Of a DNA stretch of 64,000 bases, positions 39,701-52,085 are shown piece by piece (position 1 is the stretch's first letter; every line of letters starts with the position of its first letter). Below the pieces are notes generated by a model. It saw nothing but the letters and a program-made list of their open reading frames with translations. It searched no databases and was not told the DNA's origin. A program made the position numbers and the translations under genes. Source of the DNA: Ophelia neglecta (lineage: Eukaryota); assembly GCA_965285935.1 (NCBI GenBank), contig OZ260661.1, forward strand, positions 33,728,001 through 33,792,000, written 5' to 3'.

Positions 39701-42700
39701 ATGGCGAGAAGAAGCGAAAATATCATCAAAGATGCGCTTTTGGAGTTTTTATATAACAATGCTGAACTGGTCATTTAGACACTTCTCATGGTATTGTATT
39801 AACCTATTGAATATGTTTAGTATGAAACATATCAATAGACTTGACACCTTAATGGCAACCTATTCTTAACCGTGACTCCTAAATAACAAGTTTTGCGCTG
39901 AACCGCAAAATTTGCGCAAAACTTTATTGTTCAATTTTGGTTGTGTTTAATTTAACGAATGTAGTAAATCGCTTTTTTCTGTCAATATAGGAACATAACA
40001 CCATCAAATTGAATGAGCTACTGATATCTGATGGGCATAAAATGTGCGATATTTTACGGAAACCACTTTCATTTTTTGGTAATGTTATAAGAAAAAGCTT
40101 TCTGAGAATATTTATTATATTTCGAAAGCCATTATTGGTCTTTTTCTGCAGCTGGGCGGAAATCTGAATGAGAAACCCAATACAGACAAAAATATGTTGC
40201 ATTATTTTAAAGAACCGTGCAAGTTATATCTACGCTTTATAAATATACTGAAATGGTATTTAGTTGGCATCATAGTGCATAATCCTCTTCCGGGTTGACT
40301 AATTTGTAAACCGGAGCAGGAGTTGTAACCTCTATAACCGAAGACTCTTTCTTGGAGTCATCTTATTAAATGGGATTGGCAACCTAACAGCATTGTCAAG
40401 GGCCTATATGTAACTCATTCCTGTTGAGCTAATGGTGTGAGTGATGATCCTTGGCTTCGATGGGTGGCGCCGTGCAATGCAATGGTCCATCGAAGTTCTC
40501 TTTAATTTTAGGGACATTGTGCAGAGGACAAGTCGGTTTATTTTAATACTTGTCAGGGCCAATTTTTTAACACAAATTCTTGATCGTATCTTAATAGGGT
40601 ACAGTGAATATTTTTAAAAAACTTGTATATTCCATAACGTCCACAACGTTAATTAGAAACTAACTATATTCTGAAAAGGCTAAACGCTAGCAACTGTATT
40701 TCTAGACCAGGTATACTGAGTAGAAATAGCGTATGTCTTAAGCGCCGCCTATAGTTCTCTGAATACAGGGCAAGCTTACCGGATGTGCCTTGATTTTCGA
40801 CATGACTCTTAGTCGATGATATGTGTCAGAAGGTGTAAAACTAACACTAGTCATTGTTCGTAAAATTTCTTTGATGTTAGATATGAAATAAGAAATCAAT
40901 TATTGCCCGTTAGTTGGATCTATACTATATGATACTACAATATTTCTTTGTACTAAACATACAGTTTGGAGGGACAGTTTTGAAAATTTGTGATGAGCAT
41001 AATATAGCCAAATGTGTGGAAGATGTTAGTGTGTCTATACTTTGGTATTAATATTATTGTTCATTTGAGATCAGAAAAAGTGAGAACCAAAACTGTTGTC
41101 TCGAAAATAGATGAAACAAGATGTTAAATATAAAAAGCTACAACGCAATGTATCAATCACAGTTATCAACGACTTAATTTTTCTTTTGGGATAAATTGTT
41201 TTATTATAAAAAATAAAACTATCTACTTGTTTTGTCAAACTTCAAAAGACCGCATTTTTAAGAAGGCTCTTTGAAATTAAAAATCGCTTGTTTTTACACA
41301 ATACAGTTGATGTTCAGCCCAGACAAATGGTGTCCTTAGGGGCAAGTAGCAACACGCAGCAATCAATGGCTCTTTACATCTTAATGGATTGCTCTCATGC
41401 AGTTGTTTGGTAGATTGCTCAATTACCATTTTGGCATTGTGTTTTGCTATAAAGATTTTCTTGCTGTTAATGGGGTGGGTTTTTGTTAAGTGTCATTGTC
41501 AATTGAAATCAAACGAAGGAACACTTCCAAGATATAAAGATATACGCTAAAAGGGTTTTCTGCTATCGACGTGAAATGCCAAGCACAGGCAGGAATAGAT
41601 GTATAACATTTACTTTCAATGTATAATCAAGGATGTTATATAGGATCTTATATAGGAAGATTTGTTTCAATACACCGGGTCAATATTTCTAGCAGGGAGA
41701 TCATCTTGCCTTATACGACTATGAGGATGTATGTTTCATCCTTGGAAACTCAGAACCTTTATTTTGCACAATATATTTTTTGACAAATCTTGATAAATAA
41801 AAAATATAGATATAGTATTGTTAAATAGGGCACATCGCGTCCGTTTGTTAGAGCCAGTATATTATCGCCTTATTTAAAAAAGTTGTTACCTTTTTGGCGG
41901 CTGACTTTAACCCCATCCTTTGACAACATAAAGTGTTAAAATTTTAACTGTTAAACTTTAAGATATGTTTCATTTTTCTTTATTTTACAACTCTCATTGT
42001 ACACGTGTCTTTACAAACCCTGAATACCCATACCTTGAAATCTGTGTTCTAAGTATAAGTAATAGCCTATTATCAAATTGTGTTAAGCGTAAAACTTGTT
42101 AACGATGCATTAAAAGAAAGAAAAGGGTTACCACATAAAAGGAAGCATTCTTAAAAGGAATTTGCATTAAATAATTAGTTACCGAAATATACATTCAAAC
42201 GTACGTTTTATTAATCAAGTCTAACCTGTATTTCCTGAGGCATTATGCCGTCGTGATAATTATTTAATGAATGGTTTAAATTCTTCATTAAATGTTGGTC
42301 CTAAAATAGCAGAAACTCGACTCATTAAAATCGAAGTTCATTTAAAAGTCAGATGGGCATGTTTATTATTCGCTAACCCGAAGCCAAGTATGCTACCCTT
42401 TATGAAAATCCGTTGACAACAATATGTTGTAAATTGGACAATGCAGGGAAAAATAAACATATGAGCTTCTTGGCAAGAAAATATATTGTACTTTTATCCA
42501 AAACATTTCATCTTATATAGCAATGAAATAGTTGAACAAATTCCACTTAATGTCATCCTCTAATAATTGTTCTTTTTTCCCTGTTTACGGACCCCTTTGC
42601 CTTATTATGCCATCTATTAATATGTGGCTTCCACTACATCACAGTCGAATACAGCGTTTGTGAACTATGTACGGAAACTGCCAAATGGGTTCTGTAAACA

Positions 42701-44526
42701 CGACCAGACTGCATTCAATTATTCACAGGAGGCTGACTGAGTGGATCTATTTCCAGACGCGTGCTTACTGAGAATAAAGGCATCATTTCTTATCGTCTGA
42801 AGAAGACAGAGGCATTCTTCATAAGAATTATCCCCCTCCGTCCTTTTTTATCCTGCTTTAATCGTTAGCGGGCGGTTAGTCATTCTGCTGTGCAATTGTC
42901 CGTGTTCTCACTTGTGTTCTAGCAGAAGGCATTTGGGATTACTGACCAAGCTTTTCAAGACATGTATCAGCATTACTTCAACCATGGTAAAAACCGAACA
43001 AAAACTGCATCCATTGAACATCGTATAATTCATTCGAAGATCAAGTCAACTTAATTCAGTTAGATTGCAGATAACCTGTAACACGAATAGATGGAAACAT
43101 ATCCATGCAAAGTTTGTCTTTCTTTTAGATTAACTGATTTACAAATATCGATTATGACATAATTGATATGGTCAAATTAAAATGAAACTAGTTGCGAAAA
43201 GGCCTGGAGCTTTAGTCTTGCGATTCATTACTGGCTAAATGGTATTAAAGATTGAGTGAGAGAAAAACACGGTGTATGCAATTGATTCATGGACGTGTGT
43301 GTTAATCGAAAACTTCATACGTATTACAAACCATCACCAGACATATATAATGTGCCAAATAGAGCAACAAATCATTCAAAATGATTAAGATAAATAAGAG
43401 TTGTTCATTAACACACAACGATGTTAACTTATATAAAAAAAAATCAAAGGTAGGCCGTTGTCAACTTAGTCACACGTGGGATTTGCTCTTCTAAAAGTGG
43501 CTTAAAGATGGTTCCTGTTTTTTCCAGAGCGCCCGTAATAAGTTGTTGCCGCAACTTAACATGTTGAGGCGGAAAGACATGCCTAAGTGGCAAACTAATC
43601 GACCTGGCTATCAACACCCATTGGTAACAAATTAGTTCCGCCGAGAGCTAGTCCGATGTGAAAAATCAGTTTTTTTCTGTTCTGGTTCTGAGTACTTGTC
43701 GCAAAAGCACGATGGTTCTAAAAGTAGTAGAAGAGGACTAATAATAATGTATGTAATTTATAGGTAATAACGTAGGCTTGGCCAACATATTATACTGTCC
43801 ATATATCATTTACTAGATTGAAAGACATATAACGAACAGGCATGTTGTTTTGTCCATCATTTAGTAACCAATAGCTGTTTGCATCAGTTGTAGATAATGG
43901 TATCAAGCCTAGTGTATCTATAACCTAACAGGACTATGTTAGTTGGTTTTATACCTGAAGCACCTCCATGTAAATTGTTTTACCTCTATGTTTACTATTA
44001 ATCATACATGTTTGTTTTCAATTGTACCTTTACACAAAGCAGATGGCAAACGATGCCTACAGTGATTCACCACCAGTGAACTGCGAACTCTGGTGCATAG
44101 TATGTAGCTATTTGATTATAAAAGTAATGTCCGCGAAAATATAAACTAACCATGTTCAATGGTCATAAGACAGCTCAAGGGGAAGGACATATTTACCTTT
44201 TTTAGTTAGGTAAATTATAACGGCAAATATGTCCACCATTCTAACAGAGCGGGATTTAAGATCAGTCAGACAAAATTAACTGCGTCCAAATGCACCAGAA
44301 CCCGTCCACCGCATGTTTACCATGAGCAATACCAAAGCACCAATACTACAAAAGCACAGTCTCGATACAAGTTTATACTTTTATACTAGAAACTATTATA
44401 ATGGACTAGGTCGTGGAAAAAAACCTTATCTTTTTTAATGTTATGTAGAACTTCCGCTATTCACCTCACATATTCCCTACTAATCTAACATATCGCCAAC
44501 ATTTTTTTAGAGTTTGTTATAACTGT

Positions 44527-44800
44527 AATATGACTGTATATTTAACGTTGAGACATGCAACGAAATCGATGTCCATTATCTATTGGGCTGATTGTTCGCC
44601 ATTTGGTAGATATTAGGAGTTTTTTTTATACACTCCGTTATATCCTATAATAATAGAGTTTGTTATAACTCTATTATTATAGGATATAACGGAGTGTATA
44701 AAAAAAACTCCTAATATCTACCAAATGGCGAACAATCAGCCCAATAGATAATGGACATCGATTTCGTTGCACGTCTCAACGTTAAATATACAGTCATATT
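44527..44800. repeat. Near-perfect palindrome: 134-bp arms, 6-nt spacer
   Basis: 44527-44660 is the reverse complement of 44667-44800 with one mismatch (gacatgc vs gcacgtc). Spacer is tgttat. 17-bp direct repeat tagagtttgttataact at 44508-44524 and 44654-44670. Confidence 0.97.
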
Positions 44801-46739
44801 TGTACCTTGGAATCTATCCCCCAAGTCCGCGAATATTTTTACATACAAATGCTACTTTATAACATTTAGCGTTTCCAATCCTCCCACAAAAAAGTACACA
44901 TTGTGACGCATTTGCCTATAAAGATAAATAGAGTGAATCAATGCACTATCCAACCTTTTGTTTTACTCACCCCGACTCCCTCTCCCGGGCGACAAACTGG
45001 CTTTGGGATGATTGAAAGCACCAAATACTCGCCCTAAGGTCAATCATGTTTACCGATTGGTCAGGCAAACCAAACTAATTTGGTGCACTGTTCATGTGTG
45101 TTCTCGAGACGTGAGATCCATACATTTATTGTTGTCCTACTACATCTTCACTTCTTCCATTATTGAGTTTTGGAATATATTGGTTCAAGCTATCGGGTCA
45201 TTTAAAGCCTAGCGTGTAAAACCAATAAGGTATTGACCCTGGTTTAGGCATTTGCCATTACCGTTCATGGGAAATAATTGGACAAGCTAATACTCTTGAC
45301 CTCCTATGTGCAGAACGTTAAATCATACTTTCACAATTCAACTAAATTAAACATAGCCCCATTGGTTGTTGTTTTAGTTAATTCTTATATATCATATTGG
45401 GTAAGTGTTTAGCCGCAGCCACATGTGCCAACTGGAGGTAAAAAAACATTGAATGGAACAAAACATTGCTCAACTTAAGTTCAGCATCTTCCTTGTTGCT
45501 TTCTCCCCAAATTAAGGCTTATCACTAGCGGGGGTAGTGCCTTTGTGAAATTCGGTGCTTTTTGCCGCAATCACCATCAAACATGAGGAATGGTGTATCC
45601 ACACACTTTGTGAACATAGCTATCATTGCTGGTCCGTACGAATGACACTATACTATAACTGTCATTAAGTCATGTCGATTCCTTTACTTATAGTGAGTGT
45701 TGTTTTGGCGTCCAATGATATGTACACATGTATTTGTATTATATGCGATTATGGTATAAAAATGGATAATCTGCTGTAATAAAGATGGCTGTTGTGCCAT
45801 GGCAGATCACTATTATACCATTAATGCCAATATAATGATGATTGTTGAGAGCCAAAAACGTTATCCAAAGCAACATTTCATTTCAGTTATTTTGCTGCAA
45901 TAGGCCATCAAATGCGCATTGTCCTATGCATTGCCTATTGCCTGTCACACATCAACTACGAAATTGATATAGCAAGTTGAAGTCTGATATGCTATGATCA
46001 GGGAATTTAAATAGAGGTAAATAAAAAAAAGTTTGTCCATATTGCAATCTGTAAGTAAAGTTGATAGCATTCCAAGCGATCTTAAGTCCTTGAAATCTTG
46101 AGTTGTGGCAAGTATCAGTTCAGTTGATTTGATTGAAAAGAGAGAATAAGGATTCACGTATTTTCTATTGTATTCGCAATGCCTCAATGGTAAAAATATT
46201 CGTAGTACGAGCTTAAAAAAACATTAATGTGTCACATATGAAAGAGTTATAAAATTAATACCAGGCTGAATATAACAGTCATGTAATGAAATGTTTATAA
46301 GCATATTTTAATATAAAAACATTAGCAATCTTAATAATTACCAGTCACAAAATCCGATGGAACAGGCCAAATTCACAATTATAAATGGAAAATCAATGTC
46401 GTTTCACTTAGTTGCCATTTATTTTATATAGCTTATCCTTTAACCGGGCTGTAGGCGAGAAGGTTCGTACTAGAGCAAACCGATATATTACCTTATGTGC
46501 TGTAAGTGCGAATGAAACTGTACCTTTTCAAACTTTCGTGTTTCAATGTACCACCTATTTACTGCCGTATCACAACATTTTTGCAAATTGAAAAAATGTG
46601 ATTATTGTCATTTGGGCATAATTAACTTAAGACTATCATTAAGTCGATAATATTTTAATTACTTGCAAGTTAATAAACAGGTAGATCATTTTCAACTACC
46701 AGCAGTTAGCTTAGTGTTGGCTTGCCGATATCACCCATA

Positions 46740-46960
46740 CAAACTTTATTTTTGTCAATATATGGGTGACCGATCCTGGTACATTGAAGACTGGGTCACC
46801 CGCGGGAAAAGTTGCATGAACTCGAACCCCGAAGGTAATAAGACCCTGAAGAGTCGAGATATTGCAGTATGTAGATTCCAGGGGACGAAATCCATTTTAT
46901 TTGCTAAAATTTCTGGATCGTTGGAGTTGACATCCACACCAAAAACGGGGACTCCTTGGT
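46740..46960 (-). mobile_element. LINE AP-endonuclease fragment (CR1-type)
   Basis: MDVNSN...LLPSGFEFMQLFPRVTQSSMYQDRSPIY resembles GDFNxD...LxSxGLxxLIxxPTRVTxxSxTxIDHIY. Confidence 0.4.
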
Positions 46961-46981
46961 TTCTGGTTACTTAAAGTAGCT

Positions 46982-47022
46982 GGGGGGGGGGGGGGGGGGA
47001 AGGAGGAGGGGGAGGGGCGGGC
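46982..47022 (+). repeat. Poly-G / G-rich tract with G-quadruplex potential
   Basis: G18 followed by aaggaggagggggaggggcggg. Other G runs at 2496-2510 and 52683-52696. Confidence 0.8.
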
Positions 47023-47539
47023 TTTCGGAAAGGAGAACCCCATTTCTTGCACGCCGTCTTGTTTGACTAATGGTTATCCAATGATGGCATTCCGATGCAC
47101 ATGTTGCTGTTAATTAATAAGTTCGCCGGGGTAAGGCATGCTAAAAATGTACTATTAATTAATGTGATATTCGCACTGATGTCAAGGTTCATATAAGGCC
47201 TTCGATATCTTAATTATGTATTCAATGTACTGTCCCCTTAATAAAAGGCACATGTTTTCCATTTGGATCATCTGCTGCGACACTCGATGAGAGGTTATTA
47301 TAGGTTAAGAGAATCATGTGATTGTATGGAATACTGACTTTATCGAGGAAACATTAATACAATGACACAATTATATTAGTACTCTTATAACGAACAATGT
47401 GTGGCCTTGCATATTTATTTAAAAAAGGGAAAGGTATGTCAGGTAATTTTTTCCAGGTAAATCGACAATGTTATGTTGTTAAGTAGAATGTTGAGAAGGC
47501 TTATAAGACGGGTGTATTATTTTGTAGACATGTAATTAC

Positions 47540-47900
47540 ACTAAGTGGTTTTACCTGGGACGAGGGATGTAAAAGTCAAAATAATGCCATGTTTGCACAT
47601 CATACTTTATCAGATTAAAGGCATCATTTTTGGGAAACATCGCGCTTAACAAATGCCCACAAGAACATCCCATAATGAAAGACAAGAGCATCATTTTTGT
47701 TTTTTTAGGATGTTGCATTAGGATGCTGTATTTTCAAATACCCGTGATTACCAGCTTGCAGAGGGTTGATGTTATTGCAACACATATCCTCTTCAAAAAC
47801 TATGAATTCAGTGAGCATCCAATACCAACTACACCAATGAACATATATCATTATATCACCAATAAACCAGGAAATACAATCCGCATACGAAAAATCTAGA
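47540..47900 (-). mobile_element. CR1-type LINE RT C-terminal fragment
   Basis: ...LMQHPKKTKMML...HGIIFD (cf. LNPxKTKxML...LGIxxDxxLxW). Confidence 0.45.
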
Positions 47901-48218
47901 ACGTTCGGACCTTAACGGCAGGAATATGTCATCCATTGAAGTATATTTCAAATAGCGGGTAATACACGGGACCGTTTTTCAGGCGTTTTCATGTAAATGG
48001 CAGTAAGAAATATCATAGCCATAACACAGGGGTGTACATATTCTGACCAGGACAAAAATGCACGTAGGCCGCTTATTGAAATATATTAACGTCTCATTTT
48101 TGGAACTAAAATATAATACTGACATCCTCACTGCATATTCTAGTTTCGAATTTAATTTTCTTTAAAGACCAAAATGGTCTTCTTATAAGTTTGCTTACAG
48201 TTATAATATACAACTTAC

Positions 48219-48470
48219 TCCCCACTTCTTTGCTATGATGTCTTTGCTAAAAATCGATAAATTTGAGGCACATGTGTTCTGTAGGAAGGATTTACCAGAC
48301 AAACTACAGTACTGTTTATCCTCAGATGCCAGCATTTTGTAGACCTGTGACTTGTACTTGTACTTGCCTTTTATCATCATCATTCCAACTGCTAAGGTTG
48401 TAACAACCTGTATGTCAGCCTCTGCTTTCATGCGTCTAATACTGACAGAACTTTCATGGTGACTGACAAT
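48219..48470 (-). other. Candidate orphan exon, 252 nt, open in phase 0
   Basis: Flanked by acceptor 'tattttcag' and donor 'gtaagt'; 84 codons without a stop; no recognisable protein family. Confidence 0.3.
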
Positions 48471-50129
48471 CTGAAAATAATAGATTCAGTTGTATTATAA
48501 GTTTGGGAATGCAAAATAATCATCTTCTTTATGACTAAAGTGACACAATACTGTGGACTGGACTTAATTTCTATTCATGAACAATATGCACAAACATTAT
48601 ATCAAAAATTAAGCTATTTTTGATATTATTATTTTATTATTTATATGGGTTTTAATAATGTTCAAATCACAACAATTTCATGGTAAAGCATTTATCTTTG
48701 CTCGTTTAAGTTGAATATTAACGCCTGACAACATTTTCCAGAACTGCTTTTATCCAAAGTATAGTATTGGACACTTTGTTAGAACAGATCTGCTTCCGTT
48801 TCATGACCCAAGTCATCAACATTAGACGGCCCAATGGTTATAAATAAAATGCGACAGATGGCGCCTGTGCACGACAAACGTATGTTGTCCGACGCAAAAC
48901 AAACTCATCGTGTCATATTTGGATGTGATTTGGATATGAAAACCGGCAACCCAGGTTTCGGTCAAAAGGGCAAGTCATGACCGGAAACGGGAAAAATATC
49001 GGCAATTTCTTAACCAGGACATGACTCAGGTCCTGGTTTCCCTTCCAAGTTAGTGCTATTTGGTGTGTGTTTTTGACGTCAATGCCTGGGTTGTCGGCTA
49101 TTACCAACAAACACACACACACAAAAACATCTCCGCCAAATGTCCACAATAAAGAATGGGTTGATGACAGAGCATTCATAGGGTGCAGGTGACGGCTCGC
49201 TGTGGTGCAAGGGGCATATCACAACTCGTCTTCCTGTTTTGATCTTACGAGTATGAAAATCTCTTCATTTAAAAAAAAATTGATGCTGAATGTCTTAAGC
49301 AGTTGCAGAAGTTGCACATTTACAATACACTTACTCTCAGTAATGAATCTTTTCTTGCGGTAGTTACAATGCCGCAGTTTACTCAATAGTCGATAGCTCT
49401 TTTGTTACAAAATAGATGACAACATATATAACCACAATCATACGTTTGCCATGAAAGCAATAAGTTGTTAGACAATTGATCGGTGAACTTAAGATAATTA
49501 ATGTATTATTATACATGTGTCTGGGTGCAGGGAAAATTGAACCAAGGAGAGGCACCATAAAGACTGCAATCCGCGGGGTAATGCACGGAGCGCTGAAAGA
49601 TGTGTCGTTTCAAAGTTGCAACCAATTGAGCAGTGATGTCTAAAATGCCAAAAAAAGTATGATGGAATGAATCAATACTTTTGTCTCCACCAAAGGAAAG
49701 CAACAAAATGAGAATATCGTGTTTTTGTGTGTCTACGATGCCTTTCAAATCAGCTTACAATAATTGTGTATTGTTTTGGACGCTTGAAAGTGTATAGGCT
49801 GAGAAAAAACCGATGTCTGTAGCAGCTGTCAATAGTTCTCTTGGTGCTGCAAGCAATGTATTAGAAGAAGAAAGGTTCTTATATCTCGACCCATTGAAAA
49901 ACTGGTAGACCCATGCTGTGGTGCTGTAAGGGCTTGTAAGTGAATACTCGCAGACAAGTCGATGTCGTGTAATGTATCTTTATAAAAGCAGACCTCATCC
50001 AAACATGTTTAACGAAACTGTAGTTCGTGTATGTTCGACTCACCAAGCTTAGTAGACAATACAATTTCAGTGAACTACCCCAATCCAATAAACCAGCAGC
50101 CGCAGTCCCACATAGATCAAAGATAAGTT

Positions 50130-50470
50130 CCATAATTGTATATCATTTTAACTGTAGTATTAGGATATTTTATAGATGTACCATTATCATTAATTTTATA
50201 TGTTTGACTCTTTGTATTATTAATTTTGTAACGGTTAATGTGTTATTATCTGACGGCTTCAAATTAATGGCTATTGCAAATATAAGTGTTTCCCTTTTCA
50301 TATCCATCAACTTCCTTCCAATTTGGCACAAAATTGACCATACCTTACTAGTAATCATAAACACACGCCTGTTCTTCTATTTAACAAATGTGCAGAATAT
50401 AGAAATTATGCATCGTTTAATTCTAGTGAAGTTAGTAAACACCATCCAAGAATATCCTCTCTTTAAAGCT
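50130..50470 (-). mobile_element. Decayed L1/Tx1 3' zinc-knuckle region
   Basis: VFTNFTRIKRCIISIFCTF...RVFM...VW resembles TNxxLxKxxIxxSxxCxFC..HLF..C..W. Confidence 0.35.
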
Positions 50471-51639
50471 TACGGGACGTTATCTTGTCGGCCTTTGGCC
50501 AATATTATCAAAATGAGTAATCATAACAAACACAAGAACACAACTCAATTTAATTCTTGATTGGCTGTCAATCACCCTATCAGAAACTAATACGATCCTT
50601 ACTCTTGTTGATGTTTCTTAAATGACTTTCATTGTCGGTCGGGGATCGTCTCTTGCCGTTATGTGGTTAGTGCATCTTGGTACGCTTGCTTGAGCTTTCT
50701 TAATTCAAGTGAACATCCTCAAATAGCATCTGTAGCACACACTCTGAAATCCATTCACCTGAACAATGTTTTCTTATCGGTTAGTAAAATCAACTCTTAT
50801 GCCTCAGTTGCTTGTTGAATTTTGTCATTGATTTCCTCTGCATGCCATTATTCGGGTCAAGGTAAAATGGGCTGTAAAAGTCAGAAAATGTGTAGCAAAT
50901 AGCCTCATGAAGTCGTAATTTTCATAAGAGTATTTTCCTTTGTAATAAACAGGGTGGTTGTCCCAGTGAATGGTAATATTATCATTTGACTGTCCACTTC
51001 TCATATATGTCACTAAAAGCTATTGCGATTTATCACATATACTCTCAAACAAATATTCTCGAATAAAGTTTTCTAAATGCATCTTGTTATGTTATTGTAT
51101 TTTCAATAGAGTAGGCCTACTGTGCAAATAGAAACCGTTTTTATGTGTGTTCCCCCTACTCCATTAAATTCCTTAAACAACCACTAGGAAATTAGTTACA
51201 GAAAGTCATTAATAGACATGAAGTTAAAGCATAGGCCATAGTCAAAACGTATTGACATCCCGTGCTTCTAAGGAGTAAGTTTTGCCCATCCACGCATGTT
51301 TTCCATATAGTCTGGATGTATTTGGAAAGAAATTAGATCAGTTCCCAAAGAACAAAAGTGAATTGATTCATACTCAACAGAAAAAAAAAATCAAAAAAAT
51401 GTTTTAAAATAATATGTTTTGAATGAAGGATATATACATAATAGAATAGAAAAAAAAAATCAGGAATATGTTTAAAAATAATAAAAAGTATATCACAAGG
51501 TTTGTTATGTTTTGAATGGTGTATATATATATATAATAACTAACAAACCGTATCGCAGTGGCTATGGTTTATATCCATCTTTCACATTGATTGGGTTTAT
51601 ATGCCTAGGCCCACCTAGAACTGATTGTGGAGAGTTTAC

Positions 51640-52085
51640 CGCCATGTTCTTACCAATCAAAAGGTATTATTTGAAGGCAATTAGACGTGAAATTCTGTTA
51701 GTCACTTGAGTGATTTATTATCAGAATCCGTCTACTTCTTTAAATTGATTGATAGCCCAATGTCTACTTCTGACATTGGTTCTCATTTCACACCTATCAA
51801 TCAGAAATGTGACAAACTGATTTTCGTTACCTCGTTCCCTGAAGTTGAACCTTCCCATTCTGAATTATGATATTTGGAATCACTCTATAGTCTTGATCTA
51901 TCTGGATGCCTTATCTTCCCGGCCGCACACGGTCAATGCCATTGTACTTGGCCCTGGGTATGTTCTCGTGCCACTGGATCAACAATCATTCTCTAGTGAT
52001 AGGGAATTTCTTACAAAACAACGTCATTTATCAGGAACTGTTGATGAAATCGGTAAGAATTCGTAAGGAACCATCTCGCGCATGC
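51640..52085 (+). mobile_element. Decayed LINE reverse transcriptase fragment
   Basis: Colinear motifs AMFLPIK, QTDFR (QSGFR), IVLIYLD...TVN, HWINN..SDREF, (Q)GTI (PQGSI). Confidence 0.45.

Noticed and set aside
39888-39924. 11-bp stem hairpin and similar short hairpins (~6052, ~36167, ~37171)
   Set aside because: Short stems can arise by chance in 64 kb, and no associated element boundaries were found.
44527-44800. Palindrome as a CRISPR array or typical MITE
   Set aside because: No repeat-spacer periodicity, and the direct repeat brackets only one arm.
50027-50560. 177-aa ORF on the + strand
   Set aside because: AT-driven I/N/F composition, no family motifs, and it lies antisense to a Tx1-like relic.
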